Assembly: GCA_016776635.1 (NCBI GenBank)
Contig: JADHSZ010000005.1
Coordinates: forward strand, 5,857-69,856
Length of the DNA stretch: 64,000 bases
Origin: Alphaproteobacteria bacterium
GTDB taxonomy: Bacteria > Pseudomonadota > Alphaproteobacteria > UBA11136
Reading direction: 5' to 3'
Part shown: positions 30,943 to 41,198 of the stretch, one piece after another
Position numbering within the stretch: the first letter of the stretch is position 1
How the letters are laid out: each line of letters starts with the position of its first letter
Position numbers and translations under genes: made by a program
The notes under the pieces: generated by a model
What the model was told of the DNA's origin: nothing
What the model saw: only the letters and a program-made list of their open reading frames with translations
The model's database searches: none

Positions 30943-32292
30943 TCAGGACCGGCGCATATTATCCTTCCAGGCGAAGAATTTATCCACGGCCGCGACGATG
31001 GCCGCGCCCAGCTTGCCGCGATATTTGGGATCGCGCAGCAGGCGTTCCTCCCCGGCGTTGGAGAGGTAGCCCAGCTCCACCAGCACCGAGGGAATATCGG
31101 GCGCCTTGAGCACCGCGAAGCCGGCGAAACGGTGGGTCTTGTGCAGCACTTTGACCTTGCGGCGAATATCCGTAATCAGAAGGTTGGCGAAATGAGCCGA
31201 CAGGTTCATGGTTTCGCGCTGGGCCAGATCAATGAGGATATTCGTCACCTCCGGCGTCTCGTAGGTGAGGTCGATGCCGGCGATCACATCCGATTTGTTT
31301 TCCGACTTTGCCAATGCCGCGGCCTCTTTATCCGACGCGGTCTCGGACAGGGTATAGACGGAAAGCCCCCGGATGCTCCGGTTCTTGATGCTGTCGGCGT
31401 GCAGCGAAATGAAGAGGTCGCCGTCGGCCTGGCGCGCCTTGGCGAGACGGCCGCGCAGACGGATGAAGATATCCCGGTTGCGCGTCAGCACCACCCTGTA
31501 GCGGCCCGTGGCCTCGAACTTCTTCTTCAGTTCCTTGGCCATGGCCAGGGTGATGGCCTTTTCAAAACGCCCGCTTTTTCCGGTGGCGCCGGGGTCCACG
31601 CCGCCGTGACCGGGGTCGAGGACGATGGTGCGCTTGCCGGGCTTGCGCGGCGGCTTGGGCGTTCCCGGCGCAAGATCACCGGAACCCGGCGCCAGTGGAA
31701 GCAGCGCCACATCCCCGGCGGAAGATGAAGGCGGCGGGGCCGTGGGCAGCGGCGGGGACGCGGAGGGTGCGGGAGGCGGCCGCGGCCTGGATTTCTGGGC
31801 TTTCAGAAAAGCCGCCGGGCTCACCTTTTCGAGATCGAGCACAAGGCGGGGGCCAGAGCCGCCATTCGATTCCAGAACGAAAGCCTTCTTCACCGTCACC
31901 GGGCCTTCCACATCGAACACAAGACGGGAATTCCCCGCCTTGAAGAGGCCATAGCGGAACTGTTTCACCACCCCCGCCACGCTTGAAATCTTGGGGATGT
32001 CCCAGGCTATTTCCGGCAGGTCCACCACCACGCGGTAGGGATCTGACAGGGTGAAGACGCTGAATTGCACTTTATCGCTAAGGTCGAGAACCACCCGCGT
32101 CAGGGTCTTGGAACGATCGCCGAAGCGCACCCCCGTTACGGTGGCGGCGGTCGCGGCGGGCGCGGCGGCGGCACTGGAGAAGACGCCGGAAGTGGTGCCG
32201 GAGAACGTGACGGTAAGGGTGACCAAGAGTGCCGCGCCGAAGAGACTCGCCGCCAAGAGATGCCGTCCGAACCGGGCCGCTGAATTCCACAT
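30943..32292 (-). CDS. amiC: N-acetylmuramoyl-L-alanine amidase (AmiC-like, with N-terminal AMIN domain)
   Basis: Amidase_3 core IVLDPGHGGVDPGA...LFISLHADS, Pro-rich linker, signal peptide and AMIN-like beta domain. Confidence 0.8.
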   Translation of the reverse strand: MWNSAARFGRHLLAASLFGAALLVTLTVTFSGTTSGVFSSAAAAPAATAATVTGVRFGDRSKTLTRVVLDLSDKVQFSVFTLSDPYRVVVDLPEIAWDIPKISSVAGVVKQFRYGLFKAGNSRLVFDVEGPVTVKKAFVLESNGGSGPRLVLDLEKVSPAAFLKAQKSRPRPPPAPSASPPLPTAPPPSSSAGDVALLPLAPGSGDLAPGTPKPPRKPGKRTIVLDPGHGGVDPGATGKSGRFEKAITLAMAKELKKKFEATGRYRVVLTRNRDIFIRLRGRLAKARQADGDLFISLHADSIKNRSIRGLSVYTLSETASDKEAAALAKSENKSDVIAGIDLTYETPEVTNILIDLAQRETMNLSAHFANLLITDIRRKVKVLHKTHRFAGFAVLKAPDIPSVLVELGYLSNAGEERLLRDPKYRGKLGAAIVAAVDKFFAWKDNMRRS

Positions 32293-32732
32293 CTAGAGGA
32301 TTTTCATCCTTTTCTAACTATATCTGCCCATTGTTTAACATAGATTTCCCGCCGCCACCATATTCCAGCATGAAGAAAAGAAGGGCGTCACACAATATCG
32401 TGTTGTGGAACCGCCATGCGGTGAGTATGTTGAACTCACGAACGAGCCGCAGCCGGCGCCGATCCGCATTCGGGTTTTCCCCAGGCGGAGAGGAGGTTGG
32501 CAAGGCGGTAACATAACTTAGTCTGGAGCCCCCCGGCACTTGCCGGATGCGCGGTTTCCTTGGCGCGGCCTCCCTGGTTTTTCCCTTTGGAGAACCATGT
32601 GTATGAGGCGCCGTTGACGGGAAACGTTCCGGTATCGGATGGCTTCTTAAAGATAACAAAGAACAATGGCGCGCCGCCGCCCGATGCGCATTCCGGGCAG
32701 AAGCAGGTCGCGCCTGTGGAGAATATAGCCTC
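32293..32732 (+). promoter_or_regulatory. Divergent amiC/rne promoter region and long structured rne 5' leader
   Basis: 440 bp non-coding. rne genes characteristically have long autoregulatory 5' UTRs. Several stem-loops are visible (e.g. ccggcacttgccgg). Confidence 0.4.
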
Positions 32733-35282
32733 ATGGCTAAAAGGATGCTGATTGACGCGTCCCAGCCCGAAGAAACCCGGGTGGTCGTGCTCAGCGGAAA
32801 TACTCTCGAAGATTTTGACTTCGAGAGTTCCGCGAAAAAATCCCTCAAAGGTAATATCTATCTAGCGAAAGTGGTGCGGGTCGAGCCGTCGTTGCAGGCG
32901 GCCTTCGTCGATTTCGGAGGCTCACGGCACGGATTCCTCGCCTTTAACGAAATCCATCCCGACTATTACAAGATTCCGGTCGCCGACCGCGAGGCCCTTA
33001 TCGCCGAAGAAGCGCGAATGGCCCCGGATGTGGATGTGGATGTGGACGCCGATACGTCTTCGCAATCTTCCCCGGACATGGCCGGGGATATGGCGGAAGA
33101 AATGCCGGAGACCTCAGAATCCCCTGCCGGAGATGACGGGGATGAGGCCGATACCGGCGACGAAGCCGATGCCGGAAAAAAACCAAAATCCACTAAAAAA
33201 TCCACTAAAAAATCCACTAAAAAGGCTGCGAAGGAATCTGTGGCCCTGAGTGGCGGCGTCAAGGACGAAGCCATCACCGAGGCTCCCGCGAACGACGTGG
33301 ATGAAAAAGACGCGGATAAAAAAGAAGAAGAAGATAAGTCCGCAAAGGCCGCAGACAACAACAACGACGACACCCACGAGGACGACAAGGACGAGGAACT
33401 CGCGGATCTGGAAACCGTGGGCGGCGACACCGACGAGGACATGGCGCCGAAACGGGCCCCGGCAACGCGGCGCTATAAAATCCAGGAAGTCATCAAGCGC
33501 GGTCAGGTTGTTCTGGTCCAGGTGGCCAAGGAAGAACGCGGCACCAAGGGAGCCGCCCTGACCACACGCATATCACTGGCCGGACGCTATTGCGTGCTGA
33601 TGCCCAACATGGCTCGGGGCGGCGGAATCTCGCGCAAAATTGCTAATCTCGCAGATCGCCGCAAGCTCAGAACCATCCTCGACGGATTGTCCATCCCCGA
33701 TGGCATCGCCGTCATCGTGCGCACCGCGGGGCGCGAGCGCACCAAGGCCGAAATCAAGCGCGACTATGAATATCTCATGCGTTTGTGGAGCGAAATCCGC
33801 GACGCCACCCTGCAATCCTCGGCGCCGTCCCTGGTCCATGAAGAGGCCAACATCATCAAGCGCGCCATCCGCGACCTTTATTCGCGCGACATGGAAGAGG
33901 TGCTGATAGACAGCGAAGACGGCTATCGCCTGGCCAAGGAATCCATGCGCATGCTCACGCCCAGCCACGCCAAGCGGGTAAAGCGCTATCGCGACGGCGA
34001 CGTCCCCCTGTTCAGCCGCTTTGACGTGGAAGACCAGATCGACGCCATCCACAGTCACACCATGCGGCTCAAGTCCGGGGGCTATATCGTCATTGACCAG
34101 ACCGAGGCGCTGGTGGCCATCGATGTCAATTCCGGGCGCTCCACCCGTGAACGCAATATCGAGGAAACCGCGCTCAAGACCAATCTCGAAGCCGCCGACG
34201 AAGTGGCCCGTCAATTACGGCTGCGTGATTTCGCCGGCCTCATCGTCATCGACTTCATCGATATGGACGAACATCGCAACCGCTCGAAGGTGGAAAAGCG
34301 CATCAAGGAAGCGCTCAAGACCGACCGCGCCCGCATCCAGATCGGCCGCATCAGCGGGTTCGGCCTGTTGGAGATGTCGCGCCAGCGGCTCCGCCCCAGC
34401 CTCCATGAAATCAGCACCCAGACCTGTCCCCATTGCGGCGGCAGGGGTGTTGTGCGCTCGGTGGAATCCACGGCGCTTCACGTCTTGCGCGCCATAGAGA
34501 AGGAAAGTCCACGCAGCCGCGACGGACAGCTGTCCGTCCATGTGCCGCCCGAGGTGGACCTTTATATCCTCAACCAGAAGCGCGATATCCTGAGCGCCAT
34601 CGAGGCCCGCCACGGTATCCGCGTTATGGTTCACCATGACGCAACCCTGGTCCCGCCCGACTTCCGCATCGAAGGCGCCACCGCCGCAAAGACCACCGGC
34701 AAAGCCGGCGCAAGGGAGGAGGCCAAAGACAAATCCTCCGCGCCACGGCGGCGGGGACGGCGCCGCACCAAGGACAGCGAGGAGGCCTCCGCGGACGCAA
34801 CCGCTCAGGCTGCCGCCCCGGCCGGAGGAGAATCCGGCGACAGGGACGACCAGGAGGACAAACCTGTCCGCAAGCGCCGCCGGCGCGGTAAGCGCGGCGG
34901 CAGGCGGCATTCGCGCAAAAGCGCCGCCACAGAAACATCGATGGAAACGCAAACCGGAACGACCGCTACGGACTCCGGGCCGGAGGCGGTTTCCGTAACC
35001 CCGGAACCCACGGAAGAGGCCGCCCCAGAAAAGGTAAAAACGGAAGAGGGCGAGAAAGCCGCCGCCAAGCCACGGAAGCGCGCGCCGCGCCGCACCAGAA
35101 AACCCGCCAAGAGCGCAGCCGAAAAGAAAGCCACAGAGAAGGCCACAGAGAAGGCCACAGAGAAAGAGACTGCAAAAGAGAAGGCTGTGGAGGACGTCCC
35201 CGTCACCGCTGCTGCTGCCGGGGCGCCACCGGCCGACGACAAGCCAAAACGCCGGGGCTGGTGGAACTCACTGATGGAATAG
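32733..35282 (+). CDS. rne: Ribonuclease E
   Basis: S1 domain and catalytic core (LIDASQPEETRVVVLSG...NIYLAKVVRVEPSLQAAFVDFG, DQTEALVAIDVNSG, the Zn-link CPHCGGRG). It also has an acidic insertion and a long Lys/Glu/Arg-rich C-terminal scaffold region. Confidence 0.9.
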   Translation: MAKRMLIDASQPEETRVVVLSGNTLEDFDFESSAKKSLKGNIYLAKVVRVEPSLQAAFVDFGGSRHGFLAFNEIHPDYYKIPVADREALIAEEARMAPDVDVDVDADTSSQSSPDMAGDMAEEMPETSESPAGDDGDEADTGDEADAGKKPKSTKKSTKKSTKKAAKESVALSGGVKDEAITEAPANDVDEKDADKKEEEDKSAKAADNNNDDTHEDDKDEELADLETVGGDTDEDMAPKRAPATRRYKIQEVIKRGQVVLVQVAKEERGTKGAALTTRISLAGRYCVLMPNMARGGGISRKIANLADRRKLRTILDGLSIPDGIAVIVRTAGRERTKAEIKRDYEYLMRLWSEIRDATLQSSAPSLVHEEANIIKRAIRDLYSRDMEEVLIDSEDGYRLAKESMRMLTPSHAKRVKRYRDGDVPLFSRFDVEDQIDAIHSHTMRLKSGGYIVIDQTEALVAIDVNSGRSTRERNIEETALKTNLEAADEVARQLRLRDFAGLIVIDFIDMDEHRNRSKVEKRIKEALKTDRARIQIGRISGFGLLEMSRQRLRPSLHEISTQTCPHCGGRGVVRSVESTALHVLRAIEKESPRSRDGQLSVHVPPEVDLYILNQKRDILSAIEARHGIRVMVHHDATLVPPDFRIEGATAAKTTGKAGAREEAKDKSSAPRRRGRRRTKDSEEASADATAQAAAPAGGESGDRDDQEDKPVRKRRRRGKRGGRRHSRKSAATETSMETQTGTTATDSGPEAVSVTPEPTEEAAPEKVKTEEGEKAAAKPRKRAPRRTRKPAKSAAEKKATEKATEKATEKETAKEKAVEDVPVTAAAAGAPPADDKPKRRGWWNSLME

Positions 35283-35297
35283 GATCAGCGGAAGCGT

Positions 35298-35361
35298 GAT
35301 CAGCGCTTCCAGTCTTTATGATCAGCGCTTCCAGTCTTTACGATCAACGCTTCCAGCATTT
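35298..35361. repeat. 3 x 22-bp tandem repeat: the 3' terminus of the aminotransferase gene (gatcaacgcttccagcatttga) followed by two downstream duplicate copies
   Basis: gatcagcgcttccagtcttta (35298-35318), gatcagcgcttccagtcttta (35320-35340), gatcaacgcttccagcattt (35342-35361, the coding copy). An adjacent GCGGAAGCG...CGCTTCC inverted repeat forms a hairpin between the convergent genes. Confidence 0.65.
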
Positions 35362-36492
35362 GAGCCGCGCTACCGCTTCTTCCATGGCAGCCGCCGGACC
35401 GGCGAAAGACAGGCGGATGGCGCGATGGCCCGAGACGGGGTCGAAATCCGTTCCCGGCGTCGTCGCCACCCCGGTCTCGGCCAGCATACGATGGCAGAAA
35501 TCATGGCTGTCATTGGTCAATTCAGAAACATCCGCATAGAGATAAAACGCCCCGTCGGAGGGCGCCATGCGGTCGAATCCGGCACCCGGCAGGCCGTCGA
35601 GCAGAATCTCACGATTGCGGGCATAGGTGGCCACGCTGGCGTCGAGCTCTCCGATACAGTCGAAGACGCTCATGGCCGCGTTCTGGGACAGGCAGGGCGG
35701 GGAAATAAACAGGTTCTGGGACAGGCTTTCCACCGCCCGCAACAGATCATCGGGCACCACCATCCAGCCCAGACGCCAGCCCGGCATGGCAAAATATTTC
35801 GAGAAGCTGTTAATGACGATGGCCTCATCGCCGAAGGACAGGGCCGAGACCGCATCCGTCCCGAAGGTAATGCCGTGATAAATCTCGTCCGAGACGAGGC
35901 GGATGCCCTGGTCCCGGCAGTGATCGGCGATGGCGCGGAATTCCTCGGCCGGCAAAACGGTGCCGGTGGGGTTGGAGGGGCTGGCGATAATCAACCCGTC
36001 GAGGGGGGCGTCCACTTTTTCCAGCATCTCCACTGTGGGCTGGAACCGGGTTTCCGCTCCCACCGGGAGCGCCACCGTTTCCACCCCCAGCGCGGTCAGA
36101 ATGTTGCGGTAGGCGGGATAGCCGGGCATGGCCAGGGCCACCCGGTCCCCCACATCGAAAGCGGCGAGAAAGGCCAGCACGAAAGCCCCCGAAGACCCCG
36201 TGGTGACGGCGATGCGGCCCGGCGCCACGGCGATGCCCTCGCGCGCCTGGTAATAGGCGGCGATGCGTTCCCGCAAGGGGGGAATGCCCAGTGACTCGGT
36301 ATAGCCCGGCAGATTTTTGTCCAGCAGTTCGTGAGCCCGCTCCACCACAAGCCCCGGCGTGGGCGCGCTGGGCTCCCCCAGTTCGAGATGGAGCACATCG
36401 CCGCCATCGGCCACGCGCTGGTTGGCGAAGCGCAGCATTTCCATGACGATGAAGGGGGAGATTTCCCCCCGGCGCGAGCTTTTCAGCGCCAT
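35344..36492 (-). CDS. PLP-dependent aminotransferase, class I/II (aspartate aminotransferase family)
   Basis: 382 aa. SFSKYFAMPGWRLGW PLP-lysine region, N-terminal GEPS dimer motif. Confidence 0.8.
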   Translation of the reverse strand: MALKSSRRGEISPFIVMEMLRFANQRVADGGDVLHLELGEPSAPTPGLVVERAHELLDKNLPGYTESLGIPPLRERIAAYYQAREGIAVAPGRIAVTTGSSGAFVLAFLAAFDVGDRVALAMPGYPAYRNILTALGVETVALPVGAETRFQPTVEMLEKVDAPLDGLIIASPSNPTGTVLPAEEFRAIADHCRDQGIRLVSDEIYHGITFGTDAVSALSFGDEAIVINSFSKYFAMPGWRLGWMVVPDDLLRAVESLSQNLFISPPCLSQNAAMSVFDCIGELDASVATYARNREILLDGLPGAGFDRMAPSDGAFYLYADVSELTNDSHDFCHRMLAETGVATTPGTDFDPVSGHRAIRLSFAGPAAAMEEAVARLKCWKR

Positions 36493-36573
36493 AATGCCTC
36501 TTTTCGGCCTTTTTGACCTGTTATGGGGTTCATTGACGACACGGGATTTACTCCCTACTTAAGACGAGACTTA

Positions 36574-37941
36574 ATGACGAGAAACCTCAGGACGATCCTT
36601 TTGCGCAAGCCTTTCCTTTTCCGCTCCACAGTCTTTCTTGCCGCCATGATGACCGCGCTTGTGGTCTTTGCCGGCGATGCCCGCGCGCTTATCCGCGATG
36701 AAGAGATTGAAACTACCATCCGTTCCTGGAGCACGCCAATCTTCAACGCCGCCGATCTCAACCCCGATTCGGTGGCGGTCTATATCGTACCCGACACCGC
36801 CCTCAACGCCTTCGTTTCCGGAGGACAGAATATTTTTCTCACATCCGGCCTGCTGATGCGCAGCGAGACCGCCGGCCAGGTGAAGGGTGTCATCGCCCAT
36901 GAGACCGGTCATATCGCGGGGGGGCATCTGGCCCGCCTCCAGGAGGCCCTGAAACACGCCCAGCTCGAATCCATCATCGCCATGGTGCTGGGCGCCGGGA
37001 TCATCGCCACCGGCACGGAACAGTCCGGCGCCGGTGGAGTCGCCGTCATTACGGGAGGACAGGAGGTGGCCGGACGCAACCTGTTGAAATATACCCGCGG
37101 CCAGGAAGCCGCCGCCGATCAGGCCGCCATGTCCTATCTCGACCGTACCGGACAGTCGTCGAAGGGCATGGAGGATTTCATGCGCATCCTGGCCCAGCAC
37201 GAAGCCATCTATGTGGGCAAGGGCGATCCCTATATGCGGTCCCATCCCATGACCCGGGACCGCGTCGAGGTGATCGGCAACCACGTGGCCAATTCGCGGC
37301 TTTCCCACGTGCCGGAGCCGGAGCGGGATGTTCTTGCCCATGCCCGCATGCGGGCCAAGCTGTTGGCCTTTATCGAGCCCCTGGACCGTACCCTGAAGGA
37401 ATACCCCGAGAGCGACACCTCCCTGCCCGCCCGCTACGCCCGGGCCATCGCCTATTACCGCAAGGCCAACCTCGCCCGCGCCCTGCCGCTCGTCGACGGC
37501 CTCATCGCCGAACACCCCGACGATCCCTATTTTCACGAACTGCGGGGCCAGATGCTGTTCGAGAACGGACATGTGGCCGCGGCCGTGCAATCCTATAAGG
37601 TAGCGTTGGGGCTGAAACCCGGCAGCGCGCTGTTTCTCACCATGCTGGGCCAGGCCCAGCTGGAACTCAACGATCCGGCCCAGACCCGGGCCGCCACCGC
37701 CCATCTGGTGGAAGCGGTGAAGCTGGAAAAGGAAAATGCCGCGTCCTGGAACTTCCTCGCCATCGCCTATGGCCGTCAGGGAGAGATTGGACTTTCGTCC
37801 CTGGCACTGGCTGAAAAGTTCCTCATCCACGGCCAGAACAAGGATGCCCGTGCCCAGGCCAAGCGGGCGGAAAAGGCACTGCCCCACGGATCGCCGGGCT
37901 GGCTGAGGGCCCAGGACATCATCACCGTCGCCAAGAAATAA
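36574..37941 (+). CDS. M48-family zinc metallopeptidase with C-terminal TPR region (BepA-like)
   Basis: HETGHIAGGH (HExxH) plus a downstream Glu, signal or transmembrane N-terminus, TPR-like C-terminal half. Start is taken at ATG 36574. The ORF-track start at 36523 is possible. Confidence 0.7.
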   Translation: MTRNLRTILLRKPFLFRSTVFLAAMMTALVVFAGDARALIRDEEIETTIRSWSTPIFNAADLNPDSVAVYIVPDTALNAFVSGGQNIFLTSGLLMRSETAGQVKGVIAHETGHIAGGHLARLQEALKHAQLESIIAMVLGAGIIATGTEQSGAGGVAVITGGQEVAGRNLLKYTRGQEAAADQAAMSYLDRTGQSSKGMEDFMRILAQHEAIYVGKGDPYMRSHPMTRDRVEVIGNHVANSRLSHVPEPERDVLAHARMRAKLLAFIEPLDRTLKEYPESDTSLPARYARAIAYYRKANLARALPLVDGLIAEHPDDPYFHELRGQMLFENGHVAAAVQSYKVALGLKPGSALFLTMLGQAQLELNDPAQTRAATAHLVEAVKLEKENAASWNFLAIAYGRQGEIGLSSLALAEKFLIHGQNKDARAQAKRAEKALPHGSPGWLRAQDIITVAKK

Positions 37942-37958
37942 GTGAGGAAAAATCTATC

Positions 37959-38723
37959 GTGAACCGCCCCCTGATCGCCGTCGCCGCCCTTTCCCTGGCC
38001 GCCCTTATCCTGTCCGCCGTGGCGTTGTTGCGCGGCGGCATGGACTCTGTACCGCCGGGCGAAACCGCCGCTACCGAGGAGATGATCCGCACCCTGCTGC
38101 GCGAGCATCCGGAAATCGTCGGCGAGGCCCTGCAGGCGGTGATGGAGAAACGCCGCCTCGCCGAGGAAGAACGCCAGCGGCTCAACATCAGGGTCAAGGC
38201 CAGGGAGCTTAATGAGGATCCCGGCTCGGTGGTGGGAGGGAACCCCGCGGGCGACATCTCCATGGTGGAGTTTTTCGATTACAACTGTCCCTATTGCAGA
38301 AGTTCCCACGAAAGCGTCAGCACCATGGTGGCCGAGGACGGCAACATCCGCTTCGTCTATAAGGAATATCCCATCCTCGGCGACAGTTCGGTGATTGCCG
38401 CGAGCGCCGCCCTGGCGGCGCGCAAACAGGACAAATATATCGCCTTTCATAACGCCCTGATGACCCATAAGGGCCGCCTCAACAAGGTGGCGGTGATGGC
38501 GGTAGCCGAAGCGACCGGACTCGACGTGGCGCGGTTGAAACGGGATATGACAGACCCCGAAATCGCCGCCATCCTCAGCCGCACCAGAACCCTGGCCGGA
38601 GCGCTGGAGATCACCGGCACCCCGGCCTATGTGATCGGCGACCGGCTGGTTCCCGGCGCCGTCGACGCCGCCAGCTTCAAGGCCCTTATCGCCGAGCTGC
38701 GCAAGGACAAGGAAGACTCATGA
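37959..38723 (+). CDS. DsbA-family thiol:disulfide oxidoreductase
   Basis: Signal peptide, thioredoxin-fold active site FFDYNCPYCRS (CPYC). Confidence 0.75.
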   Translation: MNRPLIAVAALSLAALILSAVALLRGGMDSVPPGETAATEEMIRTLLREHPEIVGEALQAVMEKRRLAEEERQRLNIRVKARELNEDPGSVVGGNPAGDISMVEFFDYNCPYCRSSHESVSTMVAEDGNIRFVYKEYPILGDSSVIAASAALAARKQDKYIAFHNALMTHKGRLNKVAVMAVAEATGLDVARLKRDMTDPEIAAILSRTRTLAGALEITGTPAYVIGDRLVPGAVDAASFKALIAELRKDKEDS

Positions 38724-38847
38724 GGGGGATGGCCCGTTGCACCCGCGCGTCCCCGTGATATAACCCTGTGAAGAAAGTAGGTTTTTCACAGAACCAACAG
38801 AACCGTGAAACTGTTTTCGGGAGAACCGCGCCTCAGCGCAGGCGCCC

Positions 38848-39312
38848 ATGACAGGTACCATGTCCGCCACCATCCTGATCCTCAACGGCCCCAATCTCAA
38901 TCTTCTTGGAAGCCGCGAGCCCGACGTCTATGGCAGTGAAACCCTTGCCGAGATCGAGGCCTCCTGCCGCGACCACGCCAAGGGGCTGGGGCTGGAAATT
39001 GATTTCTGCCAGTCCAACGACGAAGGTGAGATGGTGAACATCATCCAGGAGGCGCAGACGGGCTGCGCCGGGCTGATCATCAACGCCGGCGCCTTTACCC
39101 ATACGTCGGTGGCCATTCTCGACGCCCTTCTGGCCCTTGAACAGCCGGTGGTGGAAGTGCATCTGTCCAACCTTTTCCAGCGCGAAAGCTTTCGCCATCA
39201 TTCATTTGTCAGCCAGGCCGCCCGAGGTATGATCTGCGGGTTTCGCGGCCAGGGCTATGTTCTGGCCCTGGATGCGCTGGCGCGGATTCTCAAGGATAAA
39301 AACGAGGCTTAA
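38848..39312 (+). CDS. aroQ: 3-dehydroquinate dehydratase, type II
   Basis: [36 protein letters not shown]. Confidence 0.85.
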   Translation: MTGTMSATILILNGPNLNLLGSREPDVYGSETLAEIEASCRDHAKGLGLEIDFCQSNDEGEMVNIIQEAQTGCAGLIINAGAFTHTSVAILDALLALEQPVVEVHLSNLFQRESFRHHSFVSQAARGMICGFRGQGYVLALDALARILKDKNEA

Positions 39313-39771
39313 ATGGCGAAGTTCAAATTCGACGATGATCTTGTCCGTTCCCTCGCCAAGCTGTTGGAGGAAACCGGACTCACCGAGATCGAGTTCGAGG
39401 CCGAGGGACAACGCGTCCGTGTCGCCCGCGGCGGCGGGGTCACCACCGAAGCGACGGCCCAACCCCAAGCAGCGCCGGCAAAACCAGAAGCCGCCACAGA
39501 GACAGGAGAGACGGGTGAAATCGATGCGGAACACCTTCCCGGCGCCGTCACCTCGCCCATGGTGGGCACCGCCTATACCGCGCCGGAGCCAGGCGCGCCG
39601 CCCTTCGTTTCGGTGGGCGATACGGTGCGCGAGGGCCAGACCGTGCTCATTGTCGAAGCCATGAAGACCATGAATCCCATACCCGCCCCCCATGGCGGCA
39701 AGGTGATGCGGATTCTCGTGGAGAATGGGGACCCCGTGGAATTCGGCGAAGCCCTGATGGCCATTGAATAA
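39313..39771 (+). CDS. accB: Biotin carboxyl carrier protein of acetyl-CoA carboxylase
   Basis: Ala/Pro-rich linker and biotinyl domain with EAMKTMN lysine motif. Confidence 0.85.
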   Translation: MAKFKFDDDLVRSLAKLLEETGLTEIEFEAEGQRVRVARGGGVTTEATAQPQAAPAKPEAATETGETGEIDAEHLPGAVTSPMVGTAYTAPEPGAPPFVSVGDTVREGQTVLIVEAMKTMNPIPAPHGGKVMRILVENGDPVEFGEALMAIE

Positions 39772-39821
39772 GACGCCCCCCGGGAATGGTCCAGGAACCG
39801 CTCTAGAGAGAGTGATCGCGG

Positions 39822-41165
39822 ATGTTTGAAAAAATTCTCATCGCCAATCGTGGTGAAGTCGCCCTGCGTATTCACCGCGCCTGCCGGGAAATGGGCATCC
39901 GCACCGTGGCCGTCCATTCCGAGGCCGACGCCGACGCCATGCATGTGCGCCTGGCCGATGAAAGCGTCTGCATCGGTCCCGCCGCGGCGCGGGGCAGCTA
40001 TCTCAACATCCCGGCCATCCTGACGGCGGCCACCATCACCAATGCCGACGCCATTCATCCCGGCGTCGGGTTTCTTTCGGAAAACGCCCATTTCGCCCAA
40101 ATGGTGGCCGAACACGACATCACTTTCATTGGTCCGGCGCCCGAACACATGACCGTCATGGGCGATAAGATCGCCGCCAAGGCGGCCATGAAGAAAACCG
40201 GGATACCCGTGGTCCCCGGTTCCGACGGGCCGGTAGTGGAGGAAGACGAGGCCCTTAAAACGGCGGCGAAAATCGGTTATCCGGTGATCGTCAAGGCCGC
40301 GGCCGGGGGCGGCGGACGGGGCATGAAGGTTGCCCATGACGATGAGACCCTGCGCCAGGCGCTTCCCATGGCGCGGGCCGAGGCCAAGGCCAATTTCGGC
40401 GACGACACGCTGTACCTGGAAAAATTCCTGGAAACGCCGCGCCATATCGAAATCCAGATTCTCGCCGACAACCACGGTAATGTGATTCACCTTGGGGAAC
40501 GAGACTGTTCGCTGCAGCGCCGCCATCAGAAGGTGATCGAGGAGGCGCCCTCGCCGGCTCTCAACGCCGCCACCAGGGACAAGATCGGTGCCCGCTGCGT
40601 CAAGGCCATGAAGAAGCTGGGCTATCGCAGCGTCGGCACCATCGAGTTCCTGTACGAAAACGGGAAATTCTATTTCATCGAGATGAATACCCGCCTTCAG
40701 GTGGAACATCCCATCACCGAGATGATCAGCGGCATCGACCTGGCGCGCGAACAGATCCGTGTCGCCGCCGGGGCCAAGCTCGACGTGACGCAGAAGAACA
40801 TCCAGCTGGCCGGTCATGCCATCGAGTGCCGGATTAACGCCGAGAACCCCGAGACCTTTGCGCCGTCACCGGGCACCATCACCGACTATCACGCGCCGGG
40901 CGGGCTCGATGTGCGGGTGGATTCCGCCCTCTATTCCGGATACCGGGTGCCGCCTCATTACGACAGCCTCATCGCCAAGCTGATCGTACGCGGCCGCAGC
41001 CGCAACGAATGCCTGATGCGGCTGCGGCGCGCTCTCGAGGAATTCGTCATCGGCGGCATCGAGACCACGATCCCGCTTCACCAAAGGCTGATCACGGAAA
41101 GTGATTTCATCAATGGCGACTATGACATCCACTGGCTGGAGAACCTGCTCGATTCCGAGGCTTGA
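39822..41165 (+). CDS. accC: Acetyl-CoA carboxylase biotin carboxylase subunit
   Basis: [20 protein letters not shown]-grasp motifs, 447 aa. Confidence 0.9.
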   Translation: MFEKILIANRGEVALRIHRACREMGIRTVAVHSEADADAMHVRLADESVCIGPAAARGSYLNIPAILTAATITNADAIHPGVGFLSENAHFAQMVAEHDITFIGPAPEHMTVMGDKIAAKAAMKKTGIPVVPGSDGPVVEEDEALKTAAKIGYPVIVKAAAGGGGRGMKVAHDDETLRQALPMARAEAKANFGDDTLYLEKFLETPRHIEIQILADNHGNVIHLGERDCSLQRRHQKVIEEAPSPALNAATRDKIGARCVKAMKKLGYRSVGTIEFLYENGKFYFIEMNTRLQVEHPITEMISGIDLAREQIRVAAGAKLDVTQKNIQLAGHAIECRINAENPETFAPSPGTITDYHAPGGLDVRVDSALYSGYRVPPHYDSLIAKLIVRGRSRNECLMRLRRALEEFVIGGIETTIPLHQRLITESDFINGDYDIHWLENLLDSEA

Positions 41166-41198
41166 GTCTGGGGGGCTTGAGTCTGGGGGGCCGGCCCC

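Noticed and set aside
29454-31109. 551-aa plus-strand ORF
   Set aside because: Antisense to mrcA and the amiC 3' end. Gly/Arg-rich.
36571-37887. 438-aa minus-strand ORF
   Set aside because: Antisense to the M48 peptidase gene (HExxH on the plus strand).
38724-38847. Hairpin CTGTGAA...TTCACAG between dsbA and aroQ as a terminator or sRNA
   Set aside because: 7-bp stem with a 12-nt loop and no following U-run. Could be a processing site, but the evidence is too thin.
39573-40817. 414-aa minus-strand ORF
   Set aside because: Antisense to accB and accC.
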